Positions 44,449 through 55,033 of a DNA stretch of 55,033 nt are shown in pieces. The stretch lies in UHGV virus genome UHGV-0072939; one strand, 5' to 3'. Position 1 is the first letter of the stretch. Each line of letters begins with the position of its first letter. Below the pieces are notes generated by a model, which saw nothing but the letters and a program-made list of their open reading frames with translations, was not told the origin of the DNA and ran no database searches. Source of the stretch: a virus. The position numbers and the translations under genes are program-made.

Positions 44449-44470
44449 AGCCCACAGATGTGGGCTTTTT
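44449..44470 (+). terminator. intrinsic terminator hairpin (bidirectional context)
   Basis: AGCCCAC-AGAT-GTGGGCT followed by TTTTT; lies just past the 3' end of the minus-strand autotransporter gene. Confidence 0.6.
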
Positions 44471-44479
44471 CGTTGATGG

Positions 44480-47400
44480 TCAGAACGACCAGTTCACACC
44501 AGCTACCGCGTTCCACGGGGATTCCACACCGGCACTATGGCTATACCCCACCCCAAGATGCCCGCTTAACGTACTGCTGAATGAGGCTTTAATACCTGCC
44601 TGGTATATTCCACGTCTGCCCGACAAATAATTGACGAAATTACCGTCACTATTCACTTTCACCCGGTTATCATCGACAAATTCTTTGCGCACAGCCGCCT
44701 TCAGCCACGGCTCAACTTCCATACCGTTCCCCAGACGCATGTTGTAACTCAGCGTTGCGCCCAGTTCACGATATATACTGCGGGTATCGACTGATTTCGA
44801 TTTCATGCCATTGGATAAATGATATTCGGGGTTATCAGCGGTGAACCCCGTTAACGATGCATACGGCGTCAGGTTCCAGTTACCATCGGTAAATCGCATC
44901 CCGGTTTCAATGTGACCGCCCAGCCCGTTGCTGTGGTAACTGCCATTGGCGGCTCCACCGCTGCTCATTTTACCTGCTACGTTACTTTTAAAACGGTTCA
45001 GCTTCACGACACCGTCCAGATAGAAACCACTTTCATGTTCCCAACTGGCATAGCCGCCCAGAGAATAACTGCCCACACTGCCATGTCCTCCGCGATCAAA
45101 ACCGATATGTGAATGGGAATAGCCCATAAAAGCGCCTAGCGTGGTAATTCCTTCAGGAATATCATTACGGCTGTCGATCCCCACTGTCATTCCGGTCAGC
45201 GTCTGCTCAAACCCGGCACCCGCATCGGTGGTGACATTATTACGGGTGTTATACGTCGCCCCCCAGACATTATTGTTGTGTGGACTCGCTTTCATTATGT
45301 TCAACCGCTCGCGAATACTGTTTAGCTCAGCATCAAATACCAACGGTAATGTTGCTGCCATATTGAGTACGGCTGCCGTAGAAGGCGTAATGCGTTTCTC
45401 CGGAACGGGTGTCGGCGTTGGATCGGGAGTAGGGTCTGGTTTTGGATTTGGGTCTGGCTTTGGATCGGGTTTTGGGTCTGGCTTTGGATTTGGGATGGGG
45501 TCCGGGTTGGGTTTGACATCATTGGTCAGGTTCCAGTTGCTGTTGCCGTCACTTTTCAGGACATACTCATAGGTCCCAAGATCAACGAAACCGCCGGTAT
45601 TGCCCAGCGTAAACGAAGCATCCCCTCCCCCTGTTTTCACCAGCGTCATCGCGTCGTCAGACTGTGGGCTGACGCCGGTATCCTGAACAAAGATTTTAAA
45701 ATTACCAGTGGCGTTGTTGTTGACGACCAGTTGATCGCCCCGGGAGCCTGCAACGTTGGTATGCAGGTAGAAATTACCGCTACCGGAAAGTTCATTGGTT
45801 GTCAGCGTATTGTAGATACCGTTAGTTGTGGCAGGCGCTGCTGTTTGTGCTGACAAATAAACATCACCGTCGTTGAGTAGCAAACTGTTTACTCTATATT
45901 CGCAGTTGCTGGTACCTGCACAGGAATTATTGCTGTTAAGCCAGACACTGCCCCGGCTGGCAGCCGTCAGGTCGGCAAGCGTGGTATCGACGCCATTTCC
46001 CAGAGTCAATGTCGCGCTATCGGTAATCCGGACCGCCCCTTCGAGTTTAACTGGCGTAACATTATCCCGTGGCGTCATTAACGACAGGCTTCCTGTCGCG
46101 CCACTGACCGATGCATCCGCCAGCGTACCTGCGTAGACGATTGCCGTACCGCCAGCGACCTGGAGATCTTCTGCCCGGGCCAGAGCCTGAAACTCATCTT
46201 TTGACCGCCCAAGGGTATATTGCCCGCCAGAGTTAACCTTTGTGGCGGAGTCCTGACCCAGGTTTTGCATTGCCCCACCCTTGCCAACCGTGGAGTCGCG
46301 AGCTTCGGTACCTGCTAATACCAATAAATTACCGCCATTTTCCAGCAACATATTAGTCGCTAAATTGCCGGAAATGGAAAAAGTACCGTACTGGTGAGTA
46401 CCGCTGATTTCAATACCGTTAGCCGTGCTCGTCTGGAGAGCGGCACCGCTGTTCTGGACGATATCTGTCGCTTTGCCATTATCGTTGACTGTCAGCGTAC
46501 CGCCTTCATTGATCTTTGTTTTTATTGCCTCTCCGTTAGCTGAAACTGTTTGTATTCCGCCGTCGTTAATTGTTGTCTCATTCGCCACACCCTCGACAAT
46601 TTGTTCACCGCCGGTGAGCGTCGTGCCTGTCGCAGTGGCTTTTGTTTTGACGATCTCCCGTCCGCCCATATTGACCTGTGTTTTGTCAGAAGAGGTGTCT
46701 GACTCCACGGTTAACACGCCGCCATTTGCCAGCAGGATATTGTTCGCCGCACCCTGCTCGATGCTGAACGCGACGCCATCCGCGCGTGTTCCTGTGACCC
46801 GCGTCGCCCTGGTGGTTGCAACCAAAGCGCCCTGGCTACTCTGCTGTATCCCCGTTGCGCTGCCTTTCTCCCGCACATCGAGTGTGCCGCCGTCATTAAG
46901 CACCGAGTTTTCAGCCAGACCGCCCTCATTAACTACCTGTGAACCCCCATTAATAATGGAACCTTCCGCTGTCCCGTTTGCCATAATTTGTTGTAGGCCA
47001 GAGACGATATCGGTATTGATTGCCTTACCATAATTCTGAACGGTTTGCGTGCCACCATTGATGTGTGTTTTCTCTGTTGACCCACCATCAACAATTTGTT
47101 CACCACTTTCGATATTTGCTTCAGTGGCTAAACCATATACCGTTTGCTTGCCACCTTTGATATTTGCTTTATCAGAAGTGGCACTGGCATATATTGTTTG
47201 GGTGCCAGCACTATTGAGTACAGTGCCAACATCTTTTCCATAAACATCCATTTTGCCGTTGGCATTAATAATCGTGTCAACTGCGCGGGAACCAGTGACG
47301 ACTGTTAATGAGCCAGCGTTTTCCAGCACTACATTTTTAGCTTCTGAATTCCTGATGTAGAAAGCATCACCATAACTGTTGGTTCCTTCGATAAGTGTTC

Positions 47401-49060
47401 CGGAGGTCGTGGAAGCAATTAATGCGCCGCCGGATTGTTGCTCAACATGCTTAGCCTCACCACCGTCCTGAACCTCCAGAACGCCGCCATTATTAAGTCT
47501 GGTGCTATCTGTTTTAGCCTCCTTCTGGACAATCAGCTTACCGCCAGTATCAATGGTAGTATTTTTCGCCGAGGTTTTAGCCACTACCGTCAGTTCGCCG
47601 GTATTTTCCAGCACAACATAATTAGCCTCCCCTCCGGTAATAGTGAAGTGAGAGAGCTTGTTGTATCCTTCGATATCAGTCCCTGCACCCGTGTTGGCAA
47701 CTAAAGCACTGCCCGTCTCCTGGTTAACCCCATGTGCAATACCGCCGGTATAGACAATCAGCGAGCCTCCGGCGCTAATATTGCTGCCAATTGCCGTACC
47801 ATCTTTCTCAACAACCTGCCGGCTCCCGGAGGATATAATTGTTGTGTCAGCTTTCCCGCCGCTTTTGATATTTTGCGTTCCGCTGTTGATATTGGTGCCT
47901 GTGGCTATGCCATAATTATTAATATTCTGTGTGCCACCATTAATTATGGTATTTGTCGCGTTTCCTGCAACATCCATAACCCCGCCATTATCTATTCGGG
48001 TCGCATCAGCTTTAGCATTGGTTAAAACTGACATTGTTCCTTTATCTTTAATAATCGTCTTGTTTGCCGAACCATATGCGTTTATGTCTAAATGACCACC
48101 GTTTTCCAGCAACACATTGTCTGCCACGTGATTGTGGATGGAGAATGCACCTTCACTATTCGTACCGCTCACCGTCGTACCGTTAGTGTTAGTTTTTAAA
48201 ATTGCACCATCGTGCTGGGTAACATTTGTTGCCGTACCACCACTAACATCAAGCACGCCACCAGAATAAACTTCAATAACATCCGAGGTGCTGGTGTTAT
48301 CAACAATTTGCGTGCCACCAGAATAGATATGCGTATTTTTTGCCGTTGACTTACTATTCAGAGACTGAGTTCCGCCTTCAATCGTCGTGTCCAGCGCACG
48401 GCTCTCATATACTCTTTGCTCACCGCCATTTTTAATGGTTGTTGTTTCTACTGTGCTCTGTTCAACATACTGTCGACCACCATTTATGGTTGTGTTCGTT
48501 GCCAGACTTCCTTGTACTACGTCCTGAGAGCCAGACTTATTTATCGTTGTACCATCAGCATGCCCTTGAACTTTTACTATCTGGCTACCACCATCAATGA
48601 GTATTCCATTCGCACTCCCTCCCTCTACGCGTGAAGCACCGCCCTTAATTGTCGTTCCATTGCTGATACCCCCTTTATAAACGTCCTGATTGCCACTCTC
48701 GATTGTCGTACCTGTGGAAATACCCCCGTCATGAATTGACTGTCTGCCACCGTTAATGGTTGTATTATTAGCCTGCCCCACAAAATTGTTATGACTTCCT
48801 ATATCTTGATATCCACCAGATTCAATAAGACTTCCATTAGATACCCCGCCATGAACATTCTGCTGGCCATGGTTGATAATATGAGTGTTATTTGTTGTAC
48901 CTCGTTCATCCACTTTTTGGTTGCCATCTACAGTCTCATCGTTTACCACACCAATAACATTAGTAGTGAAGGCAGCCATCCCGGGCGGGGCATATATCAA
49001 GGCAGATATCAATAAGGAAAGTACTGAGCGGCGACAATAATAGGGACTGGTCCTGTTCAT
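44480..49060 (-). CDS. ypjA: AIDA-I type autotransporter adhesin (type Va secretion)
   Basis: ORF 44480-49189; favoured start ATG 49060 (GAGG 9 nt upstream) giving MNRTSPYY... signal region; repetitive GG.Q.V passenger repeats, PKPDPKPDP linker, C-terminal beta-barrel ending NWSF; ypjA assignment from memory. Confidence 0.85.
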   Translation of the reverse strand: MNRTSPYYCRRSVLSLLISALIYAPPGMAAFTTNVIGVVNDETVDGNQKVDERGTTNNTHIINHGQQNVHGGVSNGSLIESGGYQDIGSHNNFVGQANNTTINGGRQSIHDGGISTGTTIESGNQDVYKGGISNGTTIKGGASRVEGGSANGILIDGGSQIVKVQGHADGTTINKSGSQDVVQGSLATNTTINGGRQYVEQSTVETTTIKNGGEQRVYESRALDTTIEGGTQSLNSKSTAKNTHIYSGGTQIVDNTSTSDVIEVYSGGVLDVSGGTATNVTQHDGAILKTNTNGTTVSGTNSEGAFSIHNHVADNVLLENGGHLDINAYGSANKTIIKDKGTMSVLTNAKADATRIDNGGVMDVAGNATNTIINGGTQNINNYGIATGTNINSGTQNIKSGGKADTTIISSGSRQVVEKDGTAIGSNISAGGSLIVYTGGIAHGVNQETGSALVANTGAGTDIEGYNKLSHFTITGGEANYVVLENTGELTVVAKTSAKNTTIDTGGKLIVQKEAKTDSTRLNNGGVLEVQDGGEAKHVEQQSGGALIASTTSGTLIEGTNSYGDAFYIRNSEAKNVVLENAGSLTVVTGSRAVDTIINANGKMDVYGKDVGTVLNSAGTQTIYASATSDKANIKGGKQTVYGLATEANIESGEQIVDGGSTEKTHINGGTQTVQNYGKAINTDIVSGLQQIMANGTAEGSIINGGSQVVNEGGLAENSVLNDGGTLDVREKGSATGIQQSSQGALVATTRATRVTGTRADGVAFSIEQGAANNILLANGGVLTVESDTSSDKTQVNMGGREIVKTKATATGTTLTGGEQIVEGVANETTINDGGIQTVSANGEAIKTKINEGGTLTVNDNGKATDIVQNSGAALQTSTANGIEISGTHQYGTFSISGNLATNMLLENGGNLLVLAGTEARDSTVGKGGAMQNLGQDSATKVNSGGQYTLGRSKDEFQALARAEDLQVAGGTAIVYAGTLADASVSGATGSLSLMTPRDNVTPVKLEGAVRITDSATLTLGNGVDTTLADLTAASRGSVWLNSNNSCAGTSNCEYRVNSLLLNDGDVYLSAQTAAPATTNGIYNTLTTNELSGSGNFYLHTNVAGSRGDQLVVNNNATGNFKIFVQDTGVSPQSDDAMTLVKTGGGDASFTLGNTGGFVDLGTYEYVLKSDGNSNWNLTNDVKPNPDPIPNPKPDPKPDPKPDPNPKPDPTPDPTPTPVPEKRITPSTAAVLNMAATLPLVFDAELNSIRERLNIMKASPHNNNVWGATYNTRNNVTTDAGAGFEQTLTGMTVGIDSRNDIPEGITTLGAFMGYSHSHIGFDRGGHGSVGSYSLGGYASWEHESGFYLDGVVKLNRFKSNVAGKMSSGGAANGSYHSNGLGGHIETGMRFTDGNWNLTPYASLTGFTADNPEYHLSNGMKSKSVDTRSIYRELGATLSYNMRLGNGMEVEPWLKAAVRKEFVDDNRVKVNSDGNFVNYLSGRRGIYQAGIKASFSSTLSGHLGVGYSHSAGVESPWNAVAGVNWSF

Positions 49061-49429
49061 AAATTTCATCCTCTGAAAAGTGAATACTGAGTAGCGTTTA
49101 AGCGACCTTAGCTTTGCTGCAACATCAGCCCACAGGCACCAGACCAGGGGATTCATCCTGAAGAGACAGCGCAAGTGTATTGTGTTCACCGCTCATCAAA
49201 GACATCATGATGAAATGATGATATTCCGCATAAGAATGAGGCATTTTTTAAACGCAGTGCGCTGAAGTGTGGTTGGATAAAAAAGTCAATCCATTCAGGA
49301 AATACGGGCGTATTCTTTTCTTTCGACAATGAGGCCGTTGGCAAAATAAAATGATTTACATAATCGTTTCTGATGAATATCTTCTGCTCACATAAAAATC
49401 ACACAATAACTTTGAGATCGCAGATTGTT

Positions 49430-49700
49430 TTACTTTTACAGCATTCGTCCCCCCATTGTTGGGCAAATATAGATTGGGCCAGAGCACGAAAGTTAATACC
49501 ACGTTCGCACAGCTCCTCCAACAGCACGACAAGATGCCACATACTGCGCCCCAGTCGGTTCAGTTTACAGACTAGCAGTGCGTTCCCTGCCGATGATGTC
49601 CTGACCAGTTTTTTCAGTCCGGACCTCCTGCCACGGTTTTACGTTGAAGTGGTAACCCTGAGCACGCAGTTCTTCAGTCAGGCGTGGTGCACCGTAACGC
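49430..49700 (-). pseudogene. remnants of a serine recombinase (invertase/resolvase) and possibly an IS3-family transposase fragment
   Basis: minus-strand translation gives KLNRLGRSMWHLVVLLEELCERGINFRAL (resolvase-like core without N-terminal catalytic Ser) and [15 protein letters not shown] in another frame; no intact ORF. Confidence 0.4.
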
Positions 49701-49971
49701 TGTTATTGCTGGGTAAGATCAAAAAACTTTCAGGCAGCTAAGGAAAGTTGAACCAGACATTAGATGAAATATTTCAACCAATTACAGCACCAATTCAGTC
49801 ACTGCCAGCCCACCAAATAAATCAAGGGGTTACATGAAAACGTAGCCCCTTTTTCTTTGGTAGTGACACTAAAATGGATGTAGTGTGAAGAATAATCCCG
49901 TTTACTCAATCAATAATACATATTGTTTCAATCTACGTTATTATCTCTTTGTAAAAATTGCCATTTATTAA

Positions 49972-50763
49972 TCATTGAAAACTGCTTTTAGAACTTGATA
50001 CAACGGGACTAGTCACAACAGGACTATTCTCAACGGGATCATCCTCAGAGGAACTATCATCAAAGTCATCATCCATAAATAAAATATCATCGAATGGTGC
50101 CACGCCCGTGATGAGTTTTATTTTATTATTACGATCAGTCAATACTCCACTTAAACCGTTTTCGCTCACAGGTTTTAATGATTTTTCATTACTCTTGTTG
50201 TAAGCAGGCGCATTAAAAATACACGGAATATCAACATCAAACAATGACGTTCCCCAGTTCACATATTGAATATCATAGTTACTGAAGTTCTGTCCAGAAA
50301 AGAAGCACCCCTTAAAATCCAATCCACGTAAATTATATAAACCACCCTCTTCTTTTTGGAGAGTAATGTTAATTTTGGCTATCTCCCGGACATCATCGCC
50401 ATTTTTGTATTTGAATACCGTTTCAAGATGTTCTCCAGACAGCTTGACTTCAGGAAATAATTTGAAATCAAAGCCTATATTATTATGTGTCAACGTAGAT
50501 GAACAAAAAATGGAAAAAGCTTGCAGTGCTGAATTATAGCTATCGATTTTATCTTGAGGCTGAGCTCTTGGTAAAAACTTATAGCAACACTCATAAAAAT
50601 TAAACAGAAGCTCTGAAGACCTTGTATTTTTATCAAATAATACCCCCTTGAACTCATTCACAAACGCATCTTTTTTTTCTTGAATATCTATGGGGTGTTC
50701 CTTTGACTCTGACAAAGATGAAATCTCATCTATTTTGTTTTCATATGAATTACGTGATTCCAT
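49972..50763 (-). CDS. hypothetical protein (263 aa), AT-rich
   Basis: long ORF in strongly AT-rich DNA; no family recognised. Confidence 0.5.
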   Translation of the reverse strand: MESRNSYENKIDEISSLSESKEHPIDIQEKKDAFVNEFKGVLFDKNTRSSELLFNFYECCYKFLPRAQPQDKIDSYNSALQAFSIFCSSTLTHNNIGFDFKLFPEVKLSGEHLETVFKYKNGDDVREIAKINITLQKEEGGLYNLRGLDFKGCFFSGQNFSNYDIQYVNWGTSLFDVDIPCIFNAPAYNKSNEKSLKPVSENGLSGVLTDRNNKIKLITGVAPFDDILFMDDDFDDSSSEDDPVENSPVVTSPVVSSSKSSFQ

Positions 50764-50862
50764 ACAGACATTTGGCGGCGTTTCTAAAATAACACTACGC
50801 GTACTACTTGGCTTAAGTAAACCAACATGAAAATCACTTTTTCTTATATTATCGAAAAGGTT

Positions 50863-51345
50863 CTATTCATTTCTTTTAGCGCATTCAAAAAACTGATCGG
50901 CATTATTTTTATTCGATAATTTTTTAGTTTCAGAAAACACATTTTCATTGTTTTCCAGCTTTAGTTTAATGAGAAGATTTTCCCAGACCTGCTTGCTTAA
51001 ACATATTACGTCAGGCTCACCAGAACTAACTAACTCGTGATTATTATTAAAGTGTACGTTGAATACCTTTAAGTTATTTTCACCAACTTCATATTTAATA
51101 CGTTTTAATTGTTCTCCAGTTCCCATAATGACAAAGGCGTTGCCTTCTTGATATATACATTCAGACATCATTTTTTGTAAAGTTTCAAGAGCACCGCGAT
51201 ACGTCTCTGATGCAGCTTCCTTACAAATTAATTTTAAAATACTATGAGCTAGTAGCTCCATGTGTTTAGAAGATTTATTTTCATTATAACTTCCACTACC
51301 CAAAACTGCGCTAGCGTTAAATCCGTTGCTTTTACTAACTAACAT
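50863..51345 (-). CDS. hypothetical protein (160 aa), AT-rich
   Basis: ORF in AT-rich DNA; no family recognised. Confidence 0.45.
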   Translation of the reverse strand: MLVSKSNGFNASAVLGSGSYNENKSSKHMELLAHSILKLICKEAASETYRGALETLQKMMSECIYQEGNAFVIMGTGEQLKRIKYEVGENNLKVFNVHFNNNHELVSSGEPDVICLSKQVWENLLIKLKLENNENVFSETKKLSNKNNADQFFECAKRNE

Positions 51346-52095
51346 TGTCTATTCCTCAATTAATGTCTACATGGCTATTTTTAATGTTATTACTGTTTGT
51401 CACTATAAAAAAACGCTCATTTGAGACAATTACTGACATTAACTGCTTCACTTGCTACGCATGGAACTTTTAATTAAATTAGCACAGGAATGTTAAATTT
51501 AATAAACAAAAGGTTATTTCGCTGTATGATAAAAAAAACCGTTATAATTTATTAGTGAAAATCGTTTTTCAAGTGTTAGAAATTTATATCTCAATAGCGT
51601 TGGTTAATGAGCATAGCCACGCTCCTGTAACGCTCACAAAACTCATCTGCCTGCGGCGGGTGTTCTGGTCAGTAGTAGATGTTTAAGGCGTGGCAGAGAC
51701 ATTTCATCCTTACTCTACGGCATTGTTCTACATACATTGGTTGTGGTACTCACTTATCATCAGTGAGCGAACAGAGAATAGTTCAGTGATTTGAGTAATT
51801 AACCTGATTAAATGAAGGGGTATAATAAATGATAATACTCTGGCTTTATCGTTAATTACTTAATTCCACATGTAAGCAATTTGCCCGCTTGGCATAGCAG
51901 GCATTTTTTCCAGGTACTTTTGAATGAGTACTGATGGATAAATACATTGCAGTGGCGTGCCACGTACCAAAACACCAGCCCTCATTCGAAACCACCCACC
52001 GCACTTCTTCCTTGAAATGGCGTTAGTCATGAAATATAGACCGCCATCGAGTACCCCTTGTACCCTTAACTCTTCCTGATACGTAAATAATGATT

Positions 52096-52171
52096 TGGTG
52101 GCCCTTGCTGGACTTGAACCAGCGACCAAGCGATTATGAGTCGCCTGCTCTAACCACTGAGCTAAAGGGCC
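52096..52171 (-). tRNA. ileY: tRNA with anticodon CAU, tRNA-Ile2 (lysidine) type
   Basis: reverse complement GGCCCTTTAGCTCAGTGGTTAGAGCAGGCGACTCATAATCGCTTGGTCGCTGGTTCAAGTCCAGCAAGGGCCACCA folds as a cloverleaf with GGTTCAAGTCC T-arm and CAU anticodon; matches recalled ileX/ileY. Confidence 0.9.
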
Positions 52172-52730
52172 TTGAGTGTGCAATAACAATACTTATAAAC
52201 CACGCAATAAACATGATGATCATATGATGTAAATAACAGATTTTTATGCGTTCCCATTCACCTTGGGTCGTGATTACACGCGACATAAAACCCGACACCG
52301 CCTCCATTCGCAAAGTCGATACTCGCAGTCAACAAGCAAATGTTAATAATTAGCACTATCTATAGTTATCATCGATTCAATGATACTTTGTAATGATTTT
52401 GTATCTAATAATATAACTTTATTACATTAGCTGAAGAGTTTTCGCATCATTATGATATCTGTTACTTTTCACTCCATAAAAATAAACTTCGTATAGCAAT
52501 ATATTCTTTCATAGATCTTATTCTGCTAATCATTAGTTTCGTATGAGCGATTTTTGACAGTTGCCTCTCCAGACCACATCGATAATTAATAAAACAGATT
52601 TAAGCATTATCCTTTTCCATATAAATATTGGATAAAAGTAGGACATCTGTTTGCAATTACTTTCACAACAATTAAACATTTTTATGTTTCCGTATACATC
52701 ATATTACTCTACCATTAGAGGAACTTTATT

Positions 52731-54983
52731 ATGTTTTCTATAAAACCAGGACCCAGAAATTTACCTATCGACAACCCCACATTGTTATCATGGAACATTA
52801 CTGACGGGGATCTAAATTCCAAATTAAATACATTAGAATATCTAAACTGTATAACAAATATTATTAATTCTTGTGGAGTTTACCCTCAAGGATTAAAAGA
52901 CAGAGAAATTATATCAACTTTTCACGCAGAAAAATTTATTAATGATCTGTTAAAAAACGATTATAAAATTTCCCTTTCTCCAGATACAACTTACCGAGAG
53001 TTGAATAAAGCAGCACAGCGTAGCATTACAGCGCCAGACAGGATAGGAGAAAGAAAAACATAGGTTTATCAACGAGATACAATGATTGAAAGAGGTGATA
53101 ACAGCGGTGTTTATCAGTATGGTCGTGCTGAACATTTCACCCACATTATATCTGACAAACCTTCCCCAAAAGATAAATATGTTGCATATGCTATTAACAT
53201 TCCTGACTATGAGCTGGCAGCCGATGTATATAATATTAACGTGACGTCACCTTCCGGACAGCAAGAAACATTTAAAATATTAATCAATCTAGAACATCTA
53301 CGGCAAACACTTGAGCGTAAATCTCTTACTGCTGTTCAGAAATCACAATGTGAAATCATCACCCCCAAAAAACCTGGCGAAGCGATTCTTCATGCTTTTA
53401 ATGCCACCTACCAGCAGATCAGAGAAAATATGTCTGAATTTGCACGTTGCCATTATGGGTATATACAAATCCCTCCAGTGACAACTTTCCGCGCCGACGG
53501 ACCAGAAACTCCCGAAGAAGAAAAGGGTTACTGGTTTCATGCTTATCAACCCGAAGATCTTTGTACCATCCATAATCCAATGGGAGATTTGCAGGATTTT
53601 ATTGCATTGGTTAAAGATGCTAAAAAATTTGGTATCGATATCATTCCTGATTATACCTTTAACTTTATGGGAATTGGGGGTAGTGGTAAAAATGACCTGG
53701 ATTATCCCTCTGCTGATATACGAGCGAAGATCAGTAAAGATATAGAAGGTGGTATCCCTGGCTATTAGCAAGGTCAGGTTTTGATTCCATTCATTAAAGA
53801 TCCAGTAACAAAAGAACGTAAACAAATCCATCCAGAAGATATACATCTCACTGCAAAAGACTTCGAAGCAAGTAAAGATAACATCTCTAAGGATGAATGG
53901 GAAAACCTCCATGCATTAAAAGAAAAGCGTTTAAATGGAATGCCTAAAACAACACCCAAAAGTGACCAGGTTATTATGTTGCAAAATCAATACGTTCGTG
54001 AAATGCGAAAATATGGCGTACGAGGTTTACGTTATGATGCGGCAAAACACTCAAAACATGAACAAATAGAAAGATCAATAACCCCACCGCTTAAAAATTA
54101 TAATGAGCGGTTACACAATACTAACTTATTTAACCCAAAATATCATAAAAAAGCCGTTATGAATTACATGGAATATCTGGTAACTTGTCAGTTGGATGAA
54201 CAACAAATGTCATCACTGCTTTATGAAAGAGATGATTTAAGCGCCATTGATTTTTCATTGCTCATGAAAACGATAAAAGCCTTTTCATTTGGTGGAGATC
54301 TTCAAACCCTTGCATCAAAACCGGGTTCCACAATCTCAAGTATCCCATCAGAAAGACGGATATTGATTAACATTAACCACGATTTTCCTAACAATGGTAA
54401 TCTTTTCAATGACTTTCTATTTAACCATCAACAAGATGAACAATTAGCAATGGCATATATAGCCGCTCTGCCGTTCAGCAGGCCTTTAGTTTACTGGGAT
54501 GGCCAAGTATTAAAATCAACGACTGAAATTAAAAATTATGATGGGTCCACGCGTGTCGGCGGTGAGGCGTAGCTTAATAAAGGTTGCTCTACCTATCAGC
54601 AGCTCTACAATGAATTCCACGCATTATATATAGATAAAGCAGGAATATGGAGCGCATTTGAGGGTGTATCTGCAACTAAAAACGTTCTGGCCTTTAGTCG
54701 TGGGGATTCTGTGAACATTAATCACTCTCCTCATGATGGACTAGTTATAATAAATAAAGGAAACGAAGAAGTTGAAGGTACCTGGCCTAACAAATTGCAA
54801 CCTGGAATATACAAAAACATGGGGAGTAATAGCGTTAACATTATTATTAATAATACCCGAAAAATTATCCCCCCTGGTAAAGTATTTACGCTTAGAGGCG
54901 GAACTCTAAATATCAATATTCCTGGGCGTAGCGCTCTTCTTTTAGGGAAAACAGGAGAACCGCCGAACTATCTCTATTTATAA
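52731..54983 (+). pseudogene. alpha-amylase-family (GH13-like) reading frame interrupted by three in-frame TAG codons
   Basis: four ORF-track segments (52731-53063, 53082-53768, 53781-54572, 54711-54983) share one frame; separated by TAG at 53061, 53766 and 54570; GLRYDAAKH matches alpha-amylase conserved region II. Confidence 0.6.
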
Positions 54984-55033
54984 TTTAATGTTATATCTGC
55001 CCCGATAAAACGGGGCAGATAATATGTTTAGTT

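Noticed and set aside
44912-48025. Multiple short plus-strand ORFs (64-202 aa)
   Set aside because: All lie antisense within the 4.6-kb autotransporter gene; repetitive low-complexity translations mirror the passenger-domain repeats
51860-52189. 109-aa minus-strand ORF
   Set aside because: Completely overlaps the tRNA-Ile2(CAU) gene; tRNA identity is unambiguous

Overview
Almost the whole window (1 to about 44320) is the right-hand ~44 kb of a temperate prophage integrated at the 3' end of ssrA (tmRNA); the remainder is Escherichia-like chromosome. All calls are from reading the sequence and the ORF track, with homology judged from memory; no searches were run. The prophage is a mosaic: a Mu-like contractile-tail module (2708-13210, minus strand), a lambda-like head and packaging module (14475-22011), a lysis cassette (23822-25459), a lambdoid regulatory/replication region (28789-37005) and a rightward early operon ending in xis-int (37986-44175). 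Accessory cargo includes a DinI-like gene, a truncated UmuD'-like pseudo-peptidase, an O-antigen-type acyltransferase, three orphan DNA methyltransferases, a LexA DNA-binding-domain-only protein, and an HNH endonuclease. The strongest candidate for an undescribed system is an AT-rich three-gene operon (27212-28766, plus strand) sitting antisense between antiterminator Q and the lysis genes; none of its three proteins matches a family I recognise. Right of the att site lie a large AIDA-type autotransporter (44480-49060), recombinase pseudogene remnants, two AT-rich hypothetical genes, a tRNA-Ile2(CAU) (52096-52171) and an alpha-amylase-family reading frame interrupted by three in-frame TAG codons. 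No CRISPR array, rRNA or intact IS element was seen. Minus-strand CDS coordinates include the stop codon.
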